Assembly: GCA_051382335.1 (NCBI GenBank)
Contig: JBBCAX010000291.1
Span: 1 to 41,268, forward strand
Origin: Deltaproteobacteria bacterium TL4
GTDB lineage: Bacteria; SAR324; NAC60-12
Direction: 5' to 3'
Length of the DNA: 41,268 nucleotides
A program made the translations under genes and the position numbers. This document shows, piece by piece, positions 17,785-30,300 of this stretch (position 1 is its first letter; every line of letters starts with the position of its first letter). The notes below the pieces were generated by a model, which made no database searches, was not told the DNA's origin, and worked only from the letters and a program-made list of their open reading frames with translations.

Positions 17785-20097
17785 TTAGAGAGGGAAACTC
17801 ACCAAAAAAGTAGTTCCTTGTCCTACCTCTGTTTTGACATCAATCTGTCCTTTGTAAAGCAGCACAATCTTTCGAGCAACGCCCAATCCTAAACCCGTGC
17901 CTGACTCTGGTTTTGTGGAAAAGAACGCGTCAAAAATTCTGGGGAGATCCTCGGATTTGATTCCTGTTCCGTTATCAGAAATGGAAACTATGTAATTGAA
18001 TTTATCCCGACGACTGGAAATTTCTATCCGTAAGCCCGTTCCTCCTTTTTCGATTAAAGTATCCTTGGCGTTCAGTAGAATATTTTCGATTACAGAGCGT
18101 AAATGATCTGGAACTCCAAGGAGAGGCCCCTCACCTTTCAAGTCAGAGTGGATTGAAATCATTTCATTTTTGAAGGTTTCGCTATATTCCTCAATGATTT
18201 TTTCAAGGAGTTGATCCATTATCAAAGGGACCCCCTGTTTTTTATCTTCGCTGATTTTGGAATAATCCATAATTTGAGCTGTAATTCTTAGAGCTCGTGA
18301 GGTGGATTTGTGAATTAAATTAAGGGCTTGATCGATTTGTTCTTCATGGTTGAAAACTTCTTTCATGATAGGAACAATTCGGGGAAGCTCAGGACTCTCA
18401 GCAGTCCGGAGGATTTTAAATATTTGTTCCATTCCGGCACAATTTTTATCACTCAAACTTTCATGAGGTTCAGGTCCCGTGTATCCTAGTGATTTCTCAA
18501 CGATTAATTTAGCCCCGATCAATGCGTTTCTGATTTCATGGGCAAAGCCCCCTGCCATCTGTCTTTCTGTAACGTCCTGTTGAATTAAGGCTTTTTTTTC
18601 AGCTTTTTCCCGTTCTCTCTGTTCCTGACGTTTTTCGCGTTCTGCTCTGAAAAAAGCATATATGGTATGGGCCATCCAAATTTGTGAAAATAAAAGGATC
18701 ACATAAATGGTACTATGCCAGGTATAGGTGTAATGCAATTGGTAGTAATAAAATAGTAATAGGGTTCCCAAGCCTCCCCAAGCGGTTAAACTGAAGAAAA
18801 AATAGGACAGGCGGGACGCGGCAAAGCTCAAACCAAGACCCATAACAAGCAGGAGGAGAAAGGTGTTCCAGCGTTCTGAAGGCGAAACGTGGAGGTAGGT
18901 CTCCGACAGCAGGTTATCAAGAACCGTTGCATGAAATTCAACGCCTGGATAATCACCTCCCAAAGGAATCACATAGGAATCCAGTAAGCCCACTTCAGTG
19001 ATACCGACCAAGGCGATGCGATCCCGTAAAGCATTTTGAGGGATACGACGTTCCATTATATCGTAAACGGATAAGGTTTCAAAGGTTTCCCGAGGTCCTT
19101 TGAAATTCAGGAGTAAAGAACCATCTTTATATAAACTGATCTTTTTTGATCCCAGCTCCAGGCTTTTTATGCCAAGCTCATCAATTTCGACACGGAACCC
19201 CGATTCCCCTAAATAATGCTTGAGAATTTGCAAATCCAGGGAGGTATATAACTCGTTTTTCAATCCCATAACCAGATGTACCCGACGTAAAACACCATCT
19301 TCAAAATCTTGAAAAGCATTGATAAAACCTTGTCCCGAAGCATTTTTTGAAATACGCTCAATGCTGGGTTCAACGGCAAATCCTTTAATAAGTGGTGCCG
19401 TATGGATGTTACGTCGTCCAATAATTTCTCTGATTTGTGAGGATTGAATCAACTGTTCTTCCCGTTGGACCTGCTCCAGGGGTAATGTATTCCAATGATG
19501 AAGATGCGTTGCCTCGACGATTATTTGCCAGTGGGAGATGTATTGTTCAGGAGTTAATCTTTGTTGCAGCAATTGTTTAAAGAGGTTCCACTTCAAAGGC
19601 GCTTTATTTTGTAAGGGCCTCAACTGATCCAAGAGTTCATCAGGAACTTGGTGCGATGTTAATCTATCAATAGCCTGTTGATTTAATTGATAATATCCTG
19701 ATTTAACATAAATGAAATAGCCCAAGGTCACATTTCCTGCTTCTTGGATCGCTTTGCCGAGTGCCTCATCATTCACACGGTTAGATTCGTTTTCAGAAAA
19801 GAGAATATCAACCCCGATGGAACGCACACCATAATAATCGTTCAAAGTTTTAATCAAGGAAGCAATACGTGAACGAGGCCACGGCCAACGTCCGTAGTGA
19901 TCCACACTTTTAGAATCAACGGCAGCAATAAAGACCCGATCGGTTTTTGGAGTGTCACTACTAAATTTTTGTTGAAAATCGGTCCATTTTTTATCCAAAA
20001 ATGTTAACGATTCATATCTCTGTGCGTAGAGTACCAAGGTTCCCAAGGTAATCAGGAAGGCGAGTTTGAAAGGAGAAAAACGGAGTAAGTGAATCAT
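17785..20097 (-). CDS. CHASE2-domain sensor histidine kinase
   Basis: N-terminal TM; CHASE2 motifs AVDSKSV..YGRWPWPRS, IGVDILFSE, DGVLRR, LLNFKG, YPGVEFHATVLDNLL; three TMs; H-box AGGFAHEIRNAL, ENILLNAKD, DNGTGI, IFDAFFSTK, GTGLGL. Confidence 0.95.
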   Translation of the reverse strand: MIHLLRFSPFKLAFLITLGTLVLYAQRYESLTFLDKKWTDFQQKFSSDTPKTDRVFIAAVDSKSVDHYGRWPWPRSRIASLIKTLNDYYGVRSIGVDILFSENESNRVNDEALGKAIQEAGNVTLGYFIYVKSGYYQLNQQAIDRLTSHQVPDELLDQLRPLQNKAPLKWNLFKQLLQQRLTPEQYISHWQIIVEATHLHHWNTLPLEQVQREEQLIQSSQIREIIGRRNIHTAPLIKGFAVEPSIERISKNASGQGFINAFQDFEDGVLRRVHLVMGLKNELYTSLDLQILKHYLGESGFRVEIDELGIKSLELGSKKISLYKDGSLLLNFKGPRETFETLSVYDIMERRIPQNALRDRIALVGITEVGLLDSYVIPLGGDYPGVEFHATVLDNLLSETYLHVSPSERWNTFLLLLVMGLGLSFAASRLSYFFFSLTAWGGLGTLLLFYYYQLHYTYTWHSTIYVILLFSQIWMAHTIYAFFRAEREKRQEQREREKAEKKALIQQDVTERQMAGGFAHEIRNALIGAKLIVEKSLGYTGPEPHESLSDKNCAGMEQIFKILRTAESPELPRIVPIMKEVFNHEEQIDQALNLIHKSTSRALRITAQIMDYSKISEDKKQGVPLIMDQLLEKIIEEYSETFKNEMISIHSDLKGEGPLLGVPDHLRSVIENILLNAKDTLIEKGGTGLRIEISSRRDKFNYIVSISDNGTGIKSEDLPRIFDAFFSTKPESGTGLGLGVARKIVLLYKGQIDVKTEVGQGTTFLVSFPL

Positions 20098-20203
20098 TAC
20101 GAGTCATTTGAAGAAAATATAATAAATCAAAGCACATTTGCCGCAAGTTCAGCAATAGAAGAGCGTTCTCCTGATATTAAAAGTGACAGGTGCTATGCGG
20201 CTT

Positions 20204-23200
20204 TTATTTGATAACTGAAACTTCAATGGATTTACCGAGTACAATGATTTCTACAATTACTTGATCTCCTTTGTTTAGATCTTTGACTTCCATCCCCGCA
20301 TTGAAGATTGCAGTGAAATTGATTGTTGAGGAACCTATGGAGATTGCTTCTCCAATATTTCCAAACGTCTTGGCAAGTTTAGCAGGATCATCAAGTTGGG
20401 AATACACACCGCATAATGCGTTAACACAACCAGTTTCTGAAGATAAACTTTGAAAATTGGCATCAATACTACTACTTTGTCCCAATCCTACGGTAAAGAC
20501 AGCAATTCCGTTATTGTTCGCTTTTTCAACAACGCCAGTCTTGAGAGAAGTATCACCCGCTACACCATCGGTTAATATTAATATCACTTTTACATCAGCA
20601 GAATGAGCAATAAGTTCATCTAAGCCTGATTCGGTCGCCCCGTATAAGGGGGTACCTCCATCTGATCTATGATTATTATCGATAGCGGTTTTCAATATAT
20701 TTTTATCACTTGTAAAATTTTGAATCAGACCCTGGTTCAATTGCCGAACACTAATTTTAAAATTTTCATTAAATGAATCAACAAAGACTTTGGCGGCATC
20801 ATACCTTTTGTCACTGGGATCATTTTGACTCATACTGCCACTGTCATCAATTACAATGATTGCTCCTATTGTTTGATTTGTTTGTGCTACCCTATTGATA
20901 ATTTGATTAATTTCTACTGAGGAACTTTCCACTGGTTGGTCATTTAATGAAATAACATTACCCGCAACATCTTCTATCTGGAGTTGGGTAATAGAATCAT
21001 CTTTATCTTTTGGCAATAAGGAAACATCCACACTTCCGTCAACTTGAACAACCGAGCCAACAACGTCTATCGATTCAACCGGTTCCACATCTTTGGCAAT
21101 CACGTTCGCTGTGATAGTGGACGTTAAATCAGTACCCTGGGTTCGTACAGTCAAAGAGATGGTGTAGATTCCAACAACATCCGGGCGAAAACCAAAAAAA
21201 GGATCTGTTGTGACAAAACTCGATAACAAAATACTACTATCGTCTGGAATAGAATCAAGACTCCATGAATAGAAAACCACATCTGCACTTCCTTTATCAC
21301 TGACAGTACCATCTAGAATAACCATAGTATCTTCGGCATTGATTGAGATTGCAGAAGGAGGATCTTTTTTTATTTTTGCGGTTGGTGGAAGAATTACGTT
21401 TTTAGATTTTAAGTTATTATCAAGTAATTTATGAATTTTACCATCACTAAGGTCTATTCGCTTTGATGTTCTTACTATGATATATTTATTTTGATATTGT
21501 ATGTCATCACCCATCTTCTTTACAAAGGTTCCGTCCGCATTCCCAATTCCTATTAAATTTGAGTCCATAGGGGTAAAATTTTCAGAATCCCCCATATATA
21601 CCATGTAATTCACTATATAATTGTATGGCACGGTTTGAAAATTCACAGTTAATAAATTTTTTGTTGAATTATCATTTCGATCACCCCAATGAGCTGAAAT
21701 GACGCCTTCATAAGGAAGAACGGTAAATGAATGATTGATAACATGGCTCATTTGACCAGTTGATTCATCTTGAAAAAATGAACTTAATATTAACTCTTGT
21801 TGAGTCTCTGGATTTTCAATAAATTTGATTTCACACAAGTGGGAGGGATCAAATTGATTCGGAACTTCAATTTCTTGGAATGCCTTCAAAGTACAATAAT
21901 ATTTTGAATCCTTGATAAAAGGAAAAATGATCTTCTGTGAGCCAAAAACTGTTTCTATTTTGTTAAGTGGTATTGGTTCTATATCAGATAGTTCTGAGGA
22001 GTTTCCCATCACAATTTGATCTGTTTCTGTTAATATTTTCACACCTCTAAATGGATCTTTTCCGTTAGTATTTTCAAAATGAGATTTAATGCTCTCTTTA
22101 ATCGTACAAGTGGAAAGATCGTTTTTATTGACACAATCATGGAAGGGTAATTCTGAGTCAGACACCCATTGATTTGGGGGGGTTCTTGACCAAAAAGGAG
22201 GAAATGTTGCCCCTTTCTTTTTTAGAAACATATCTACCCAAGCTCCACTATAATTTAAGAATTCTGATTCTGTGATATTGAATTTTATCAAATTCTTTTT
22301 TAATTTTAATGGGTAAAAAGTTAAGATTTTATTTTGGTTTTCGCTTCCTGCTGGCTCACTAAGTACAACTATATTTTTATCAGAACGATAATTAAGAACT
22401 TTATAACATCCTTGTAATGGATAAACAGCATGAGCACCCCTAGCAAGATAGACTACTGGATGATTTCCCTGCTTGAGAGTATCTTTCCATGGTAGCTTTA
22501 CTCGCCCTCCTTCCCAAGTAGTCATTGGTTCTTCGTCACCAGACAAACTAGCACAATCTTTAGGTGTATAGACCTTGCCCTCTTTATATCTAAATTCCAT
22601 TATTTGTTCTGGTAAATGTGCACCCATTGTGATGGAGATAGGATTAAGTGCTACCGGATCTAATTCGATGGTAAAACTTTCTCGATCAAAAGCATGGGCT
22701 GCAGTGTCCGGGTTATTTTTAGTACCAACTTTGGGATCAAATGCATAGAAGAAATAATAACTCAAAAATAATCGAGAATTTACTTGGAATGTTTCGTAAT
22801 AGACTACTGGTTCTTCCTTATTTCCTGTCTGATCTCTTAGAAAAAGTAACTCTACGAATGGGACATAGTCAGCATACACATGTGCTTGTGTTTCAGTTGT
22901 TTCAAAATCGAAATAGTGATTGCTATCTCCCATATACTTCATATATTCCATAAGTGTCTCTCCCATAGTGACGCCATCTCCACCGTCATAGGTTCCCACA
23001 CGAATTGCCTCATTTTCTGCCCCTGAACTTAGAATAGCCTCTAACTTCATAGGAAAGTATTCTTCTTCATCATTAAAAACGACTATAGGAAGATATTTTA
23101 TGGCAATTTCTTGTTCTTGATCTAGGGATTCATAGGGAACATAAACCTGTTGTTTCCATGTTCGCCACGTCGAAATAAAATTTCCTTCTTCGATAGAGAT

Positions 23201-24232
23201 CTCAAACAATCCTCTTCCATGAATATTAAATTGAAAAAGCGTATCATCCTTAATGGTTATGCTTGCTTGTTTAACTAAAATATCATCACCCCATTTGTCA
23301 TTCTCCCATTTTTTATATTTAATAGAATAATCGTAAAAGAATATGCCATATAAGTATGGTTTAAAACTAATTGTTGTATTGTTAAAATTATTATCCCTGA
23401 TAATTTCAAATCGTTTTCTCTGATCTAATACATTTTTCTTAGTTTTAATTTGGGTATCCCAAAATCCAACCTTAAAGTTACGATTTTGAGAAGTTTCTGC
23501 CACCAAAGCAATACTTACCTTCCCGTCATAGGTATTTGTGACAAGTGAAATTGATCCATCATCTGAAAAAGTAAACGCCTGTAATGCAATCACTTTGCTT
23601 TCAGGATCATAGCTCAAAACCCAATCTGGCATTTTAGAATACTTTATTTTGACTCGTAAAGGGCCTTCAAACTCATTCCTAAAATCTATATCCACAAAAT
23701 TATCTGTGATCATTTCAAATCCTTGTGGATTATTACCATAAGTAACACCTTTTCGTATAATAGGAGATTTATCGGTTGCCTGAGGTAGTGAAAAACTAAA
23801 GGTATTATTATTTCGATCAGAAAATGATATTATTTTTGCTTCGTCTGAGGTAGAACCTTTTTCTTGTAAATCATTGAGCAAACTCAACTGTTCTAATGCA
23901 GGGTTGATGTTTGTATTATTTTGGGATTGAAATGACAATTGTGGAGAAGCGGAAACATCCTTTGTGAGAGTATCCGTTTCCTTCGGCGATTGCATGAGGG
24001 CCGTATCAGAGTTGTTTGAAGTGTCGGATTTATCTTTTTTGGGGTCCTCGTCAGAGATTGAACCTTTTTGATCTCCGGAACTCGGAACATCTGGTCCGTT
24101 ACTTGAGTCTTCTTTGACCACTTCTCGAATAATGGTTGTCTCACCACCGTTATCCTTTTCACAAGCGCCTAGTAAAAAAGTGAATCCGATGATGAGAAGA
24201 CCTATGGGGATAGAATTTATAGTTATTTTCAT
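20204..24232 (-). CDS. Large lipoprotein (~1342 aa): Vps62/NPP1-like domain, PKD-like domain, C-terminal VWA
   Basis: Start at ATG 24232 gives lipobox LGA|C. Central YLPIVVF..EEYFP, YYFFYAFD, HAFDRE, HPVVYLARGAHAVY. PKD-like VILDG..S..YSWS..F.PDVVG.Y.ISLTV. VWA MIDAS DDSGS, GGTPLY, ILTDG, FTVGLG. Confidence 0.85.
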   Translation of the reverse strand: MKITINSIPIGLLIIGFTFLLGACEKDNGGETTIIREVVKEDSSNGPDVPSSGDQKGSISDEDPKKDKSDTSNNSDTALMQSPKETDTLTKDVSASPQLSFQSQNNTNINPALEQLSLLNDLQEKGSTSDEAKIISFSDRNNNTFSFSLPQATDKSPIIRKGVTYGNNPQGFEMITDNFVDIDFRNEFEGPLRVKIKYSKMPDWVLSYDPESKVIALQAFTFSDDGSISLVTNTYDGKVSIALVAETSQNRNFKVGFWDTQIKTKKNVLDQRKRFEIIRDNNFNNTTISFKPYLYGIFFYDYSIKYKKWENDKWGDDILVKQASITIKDDTLFQFNIHGRGLFEISIEEGNFISTWRTWKQQVYVPYESLDQEQEIAIKYLPIVVFNDEEEYFPMKLEAILSSGAENEAIRVGTYDGGDGVTMGETLMEYMKYMGDSNHYFDFETTETQAHVYADYVPFVELLFLRDQTGNKEEPVVYYETFQVNSRLFLSYYFFYAFDPKVGTKNNPDTAAHAFDRESFTIELDPVALNPISITMGAHLPEQIMEFRYKEGKVYTPKDCASLSGDEEPMTTWEGGRVKLPWKDTLKQGNHPVVYLARGAHAVYPLQGCYKVLNYRSDKNIVVLSEPAGSENQNKILTFYPLKLKKNLIKFNITESEFLNYSGAWVDMFLKKKGATFPPFWSRTPPNQWVSDSELPFHDCVNKNDLSTCTIKESIKSHFENTNGKDPFRGVKILTETDQIVMGNSSELSDIEPIPLNKIETVFGSQKIIFPFIKDSKYYCTLKAFQEIEVPNQFDPSHLCEIKFIENPETQQELILSSFFQDESTGQMSHVINHSFTVLPYEGVISAHWGDRNDNSTKNLLTVNFQTVPYNYIVNYMVYMGDSENFTPMDSNLIGIGNADGTFVKKMGDDIQYQNKYIIVRTSKRIDLSDGKIHKLLDNNLKSKNVILPPTAKIKKDPPSAISINAEDTMVILDGTVSDKGSADVVFYSWSLDSIPDDSSILLSSFVTTDPFFGFRPDVVGIYTISLTVRTQGTDLTSTITANVIAKDVEPVESIDVVGSVVQVDGSVDVSLLPKDKDDSITQLQIEDVAGNVISLNDQPVESSSVEINQIINRVAQTNQTIGAIIVIDDSGSMSQNDPSDKRYDAAKVFVDSFNENFKISVRQLNQGLIQNFTSDKNILKTAIDNNHRSDGGTPLYGATESGLDELIAHSADVKVILILTDGVAGDTSLKTGVVEKANNNGIAVFTVGLGQSSSIDANFQSLSSETGCVNALCGVYSQLDDPAKLAKTFGNIGEAISIGSSTINFTAIFNAGMEVKDLNKGDQVIVEIIVLGKSIEVSVIK

Positions 24233-24269
24233 TTTTCGCCACTGAAGCAGAATTAAGCGGATGCAGAAT

Positions 24270-24308
24270 GAAAGCAAAGTGAGTTTATGCTTTTACACAA
24301 ACCCACTT
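24270..24308 (-). terminator. Terminator-like hairpin downstream of the giant lipoprotein gene
   Basis: Minus strand AAGTGGGTTTGTG-taaaag-CATAAACTCACTT (13-bp stem with G-U pairs) followed by TGCTTTC. Confidence 0.5.
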
Positions 24309-24369
24309 CTTCAGTTTCATTTTTGTTTATAGAAGGATAGAGTCTTTCAACAAAATCAAAGTCTCGTAC

Positions 24370-27300
24370 CTAAAAAGCGTTTGAATCAATGATCAATCCA
24401 GCTCCCGCAGTAGCTCCAAGTCTCAGGCGAATATTTGCGTTCGAATTTCCAGCATAATCGGGTACTGTCAATTCGAGGTAGTCTCCATCAACAGCCGCAG
24501 CGTTCGTAGAAACAACCACCTGCAAGGTATTGTTTCCAATCGGATAGACCTTCTTGTCCGCAATAATCAGTTTAGTTGCGCCTAAACTGCTCTTCAGATC
24601 TACAGTGTCAGTGATATTGGTACAATTACCGGTACTATCGAGTACGCAGAGAATGTTTTCACTAAATTTAAGTTTAAAGGAATATGTTCCAGCAGCGTCT
24701 CCGACAGACCACACATCATCAGAATCATTTTGGATATTCAGAGCGTTCATGGTTTGAACATTGTAGTTCCCTGCCAACTCTACACCCATGTTCCAGGAAG
24801 CATCTGCCGTGGCGTCCCCATCATTATCAAAATTATCATCATAATGAGTTGGTTTGCTTAATGTGGCACCAGTTCCAGCAGCATTGAGCACCACCTTGGC
24901 AGAAACCGCTTTTGAGGATCTCATATCAAGATTACCATTCGCACCGCCATCAATGTCCAAACCGATATACGTGTCGGATGAAGCATCCTTTAAATTCAAA
25001 AGGTATAACGTATCACCTTCTACCACGTCCCCATTCACTAAGCTAAAGGTAGCTTGAACCGTGTAAGGTGAGATCAAAGTTACCGTTCCCGGTGTATAAC
25101 TTGCGTCATTTGACAGGCCTGAGTAGGTAGGGGTTGTTAATTCCACAGTGGAATTGTCAAGCTTAACTCGTTTATTAAAGTTATAGTAGACGGTATAACT
25201 TTCCGAGCCTGAATCGCCAACTGACCAAATTCCGTCATTCGCAGCGCCTTTGACTGAGTTGAGCGCGATCTTGCTGTGACCCACCTGAGCGGTAGAATCA
25301 ATGGTCGGTTCTGGTGTTGAGTCATCCAGGCTAGTCACTGTGGTACCACTTCGTACCACCAAAATGTCAGCATTGGTTACCGTTAACGTGGTTTCTGACG
25401 TCAGTGTCAGGCGAGCACTCACCACATTCGTTTGCCCATTTTCCACAAGGCTATTAATTGCCATCACTTTGCCCAAGCCTTTATCACTCCAATCTTTCAA
25501 GGTTAATTTATCTCCAGCAACGACAACTCCTCCAGTGAGGGAAAATGTTAATTTATATATAGCGGTAGTACCATTCAAAGCTGTAACAGTAACCGCCGAA
25601 TAGGTCGCTTTGGTGGAAGAAGTGCTGTCAAACGGTTCCGCTGTTATAGTTCCTGCTGTTACTTCTTCTGAGAAAGTTATAAAGATCTCGTAAGTTTCTC
25701 CCTTCACCCGGTCTCCCACGCCCCACTTACCATCAGAGACATCATTGGAAGCATCGAGATGCAATCTGGTAGTAGCTGAGGCCGATGAAACCATACAAGT
25801 GGCAGCGTCACCATTACCATCTACACATTGTTTCAATTGAGTGACAGGTTTCAGCAGAGGAACCGTTGAATCCGTTCCGCTAATCATCGGGTTTTTACAA
25901 GGACCTGCTGACGCACAATAATAGGCGTCATTTTGTGCTGCGGCACTGGCTCCGTTGCCATTGGCTGTAGTGGTTACCACATTCCATGTATTTGCCGCTT
26001 CGTCAGAGATGGCGGTACTCCAGTCAACGATGTAGGCGACAGTATCGTTTGCATCCACAATGCTTAAGGGAGAAAAATAGCCCTCCATATCCATCAGAGC
26101 GTTTTCGCTGGAATCTTCGGGTGAATTAGCGGTGAGTGTCAACGTCTTATTGCTATTGCTCAAGACTGCTGAGACCGGAACATTCGATGTTGTTCCGCTC
26201 ACATTGGAGCCATTAGGATCCACTACCAAAGTTGCTGCTGTCGCTGAAATGACATATCCTTCAGGAGAGGTGTAAGCCACACCGTTAACGGTTGCGCTTC
26301 CAAAGCGTCCGCCATCGCCATTGGTGAAGGTAAAGGTATATTCAGGGGTATTATCCGTATCTTTAACAATCAGGGTGGTCCCTCCGACTAATTCAATCGC
26401 TTGATCAAAGACGAGTGTTAAAACATTACCAGAAGCGGTTGCCTGTGTTGCGAGAGGTGGGGTTTTGTCTTTGATAACGACTCCCGCATCCGCTTGGGCA
26501 CTGTTTCCAGAAAGGTCCGCTAAATCTTTGATTGACAAGAGGCTATTATTGTTGATTGTTCTCCAATCTCCTAACTTAACTAAAATGCTGGCATTTACTC
26601 CAGCATCAACCGTAGTTACACCTGTGGTCGTGTTTTTGATGGTTAAATCAGAATTTCCACGAACGGTCGCTGCGGCGGTTGAAGTAATCGTTAAGGGTTC
26701 AGTCACTTCCAAATCAATGGCTCGAGTCGCAGCCGTGGTTTTTCGTTCTAATTGAACCACGAAATCGATTGTCGCTGATTGTGGCGCAAGCAAAGGCGCT
26801 GTCAAAGTAATCAGCGCCTTGGTTGGGTCGGTATCCGTTGCAACCGATTGAATGGTGTAGACCTGGTCATTGTTAAGCTCGGTGCTTGCACAATCCGAAT
26901 CCTCACCAGCGCTACAGAAAGCGATCAGATCATTTGCGGCAAATTCACTTTTTTCCACAAAAGGAATTTTCAACTGAGTCTCTCCCATACTAACGGCTTC
27001 TTGCAATGCGGCTTCATCCGTCAAGTTATAAGCTTTGACGGTGGAACCCGCGTCAAAAATTCCCAATGGAGAAGCCAGAGTCAGGGTGGAATTGCTGGAG
27101 ACAGGATCTCCGTTAATAATTCCTATAAGACCGGTAGCTGAGATCAAAATATCACCATCGGCAAACGCTGCAATGGAATCAACATTTAATGTCTTACTTG
27201 CGCTGACATCAGCGGTCAACGTCGCACTGACGTTCGTTGGTGAATACTTCTGAATCACATCCCCAACCTCTGGTGCGGAGTTCAACGTGTTAACCGTCAT

Positions 27301-30300
27301 ACTGAGTTTCGAGCTAATGGTATCAATTTCCACCAGGTATTTGGCGGCAATCAACAAAATATCACCATCCTGAAATTCTGCGGTTGAGGCTAAACTGAGT
27401 GTATTTGATGCGGTACTATAGGCGGTAAGGGTTGAAGAAGCATTAGCCACAGGACTTAACTGTGTCATCGCATCGCCATCAACCGGTGCCGTGATCGTTT
27501 GTAATACTGTCAGGGTCCGGTTGCTTTCATTAATTGATTGAATCGTATAAAATTTATTTTGAATTCCAAAACGAACCATCTTTCCAATGCTGAAACCTGA
27601 GACAGAAAGCACATTAACCGTTTTTCCTGAAGACACACTACCACTCCGTAACTCAGCCACAGTACTGACGTCCACGGATAGCCTTTGAACTATGTTTCCA
27701 ACGGCAGGTCCTGTTGGCGCAGCTCCAACCAAGGCAATAGCGTGTCCGTGAGTTATGGCAAGAATGGTTGTCAATTCATCATCTACCATGATGACGTTAC
27801 CCACAGAAAAACCAATTGCGGAAGGAACATCAAAGGAGGTAGTCGCTGGAGTTGCCCACACCACGGTTGTCACAGGAACCGGTGCTGCTTTATACAGGGT
27901 TGTCCCTTTTTCAAGCGTAACATTACTGATAACCGTAATGGTTTTTGAACCTGCGGTGGCCGCTGTAATTCGACCTACGTTGATATCATCCAGCACCACA
28001 ACATCGCTTACAGCAAATCCACTGACGGAATTCACAGTCAACGTCGTTGAATTCGCCCTGTCTGTGAGAACCGTTCCTACGAGTTTCTGCAAAGGAGTAG
28101 CCCAGGCATTATAGTCTGCCTGCGTATATATTTCGTCATTCCGTCCACTGCTTAAAGTACGACCGCTTTCGCCTGCTAATAAAGGTACCGTATTTGCGAT
28201 ACTACTGCTATGACGGCGGTTGAGTTGATCGTATAAAGATGAAGTTAGAGCCAAAGTTGGAAAGAGCGCAGTGGTGTCTGATACGGCAGCATTCCCAGTT
28301 TCGTCGTTTTCTCCAGGCACATGAGACTCGGTTATCGCACTGATGGAATAACCCTCCTGGATAAAATCACTGGCGTTAACACTCTGAACCGCCACCATCG
28401 GAGGCGCGACATCTTTGAGTTCAAAGGAGGCAACGGTTTCATTGTCACTGAAGTTCTTTGTTGTGATTTTGACTTCGTTTCCTGGAACCACTCCCTCTAT
28501 CCAAACATGGAGTTCCTGATTGTCAACGCCTGTAAAGTTGGCACTGACCACATCCGTGACTTCGGTGGCTCCTTGACCGGAAGTTGAGACGTTTGCCAAT
28601 GCGGTGTCTATGGAAATTCTGCTCGGAGTACTTCCAGAAACCGTTAGAGTGTAGGTTCTCCCTGCTTCCGTGTTATGCAACTTCAGATAACCCACGTTGG
28701 TTGAAACAGAGGCCTCCGTCCAATTTGTGTAGTTGGTTGCATCAGCGACCGCTATAGCCTGAGCCAAAGCACCCAAACGACTTGTGGATGCCGCACTCGA
28801 GTTCATTTGAGCAATCGTTCCATTAATGTTTTCATCATAGTCCAACAACCCTGAAACACTCAGTCCCTGAATTCGGTAGTCTCCCGTTGTACTTTGAGAA
28901 TCGACTTGCTGGACAATGATATTGGGTGTGGTTGGAGTAGCCGCACCTGACATATAGAGCTTCAATTCCACTCGATTACCTTCCGCTAACGTCGGAGTAT
29001 AGGTTGTTGCGCCTTCGAGAGGGTAAGACAATTTGTCAGCGGTCAACTCATGGGCAAAGGTTGCTGAATCCCTAAAGTCGGATCGTGAAAGTCGAATGCG
29101 TAACACTGCGTTTGTGGGAGGGGTTGCTGTGGTATAAATACTCAGAAGATTTCCACTCAAATTTGATTTCCCTGTTGATGTATCCACTGAATAAGTGATT
29201 CCAGCCTGATCAACAATTGAAATAGCCGTTGCTAAATTGGAAATAGCATTAATATTTTCATTGAACTCCAATTGCAAGGGTGCCGTGTTCAACGTGATAC
29301 TATTGTCCAACTGGATACTTTCAGGGGTGCTATTGCTATCCAAGTCAACAAATGACGCATTTCTCACTCCGACTACGAAAGGGGCTCCTTCGGACAAAGC
29401 GACTTTCAAAGTGACATAGCTGAAAACTGTGTTTCCATCCTGGGAATCTGTTTTGGTTGGAGTATAATTGTTTCCATTGTCTTCAGGATAAGCCAAAGAA
29501 GGAATACTGGAAGTTTCTAACGCATTAGGCAAAGCGGCCGTATCCGTAAAATCTGTTGATTTTAACAAAATTTTCAAAACAGCATCCTGTGGTGGTGTTG
29601 CGCCTAGGACGACGGAAAGAGTATTTCCGGATAAAGCAGAACCGCTGGTTTCATAAACTTTATTCACGTTGCCTGAAGTTGTATCGAGAACGACCAGGGA
29701 AGTCCTCGCGTTAAAATTCGCGGTACTGAGAGTTTCGTTAAATACAATTTGCATAGGGTTAGCTGAGGAAAAGTCAACTGCGTCGCCTAGTCGCAACTGT
29801 GTTGGAACACCATTGGAATAGCTCGCGTTCTTGACGCCAACCACGTAAGGAGCAGTATCCGCTTTACTGAGAAGCACAATTTTCAGATATTCCTCTCCAT
29901 TTTTGGTAACCTCCGCAGGTGTATAACTTGCGGGAAAGAGTAGAACCCCGTTGATATTTTTGAGAGAATTCTGCGCAAGATCTTTAAAATCGGATTTTTT
30001 CAGCAATAAATTCAAAGTAGCTCCAGGAGCGGGTGCGTTTGTTGTACGAATCGTTAAAATACTGCCACTCATTGCTGTATTCGTCGAGTCGATCAGTAAC
30101 GCTTTAGTGGAGTCTTTAGCATCCACAAGAATGATGGAGGTGCTCCCATTAAAGCCGGAGGTCTTCATGGATTCGCTGAAAACCACTTGGATTCCGGTGC
30201 TGGTAAAATCAACCGTATCATCCAGTTGCAAGACGCTTCCTGTGAAGGTCGCATTTCTGACACCAAGGACATAGGGTTCAGCTCCTCCTCTTTTGAGGGT

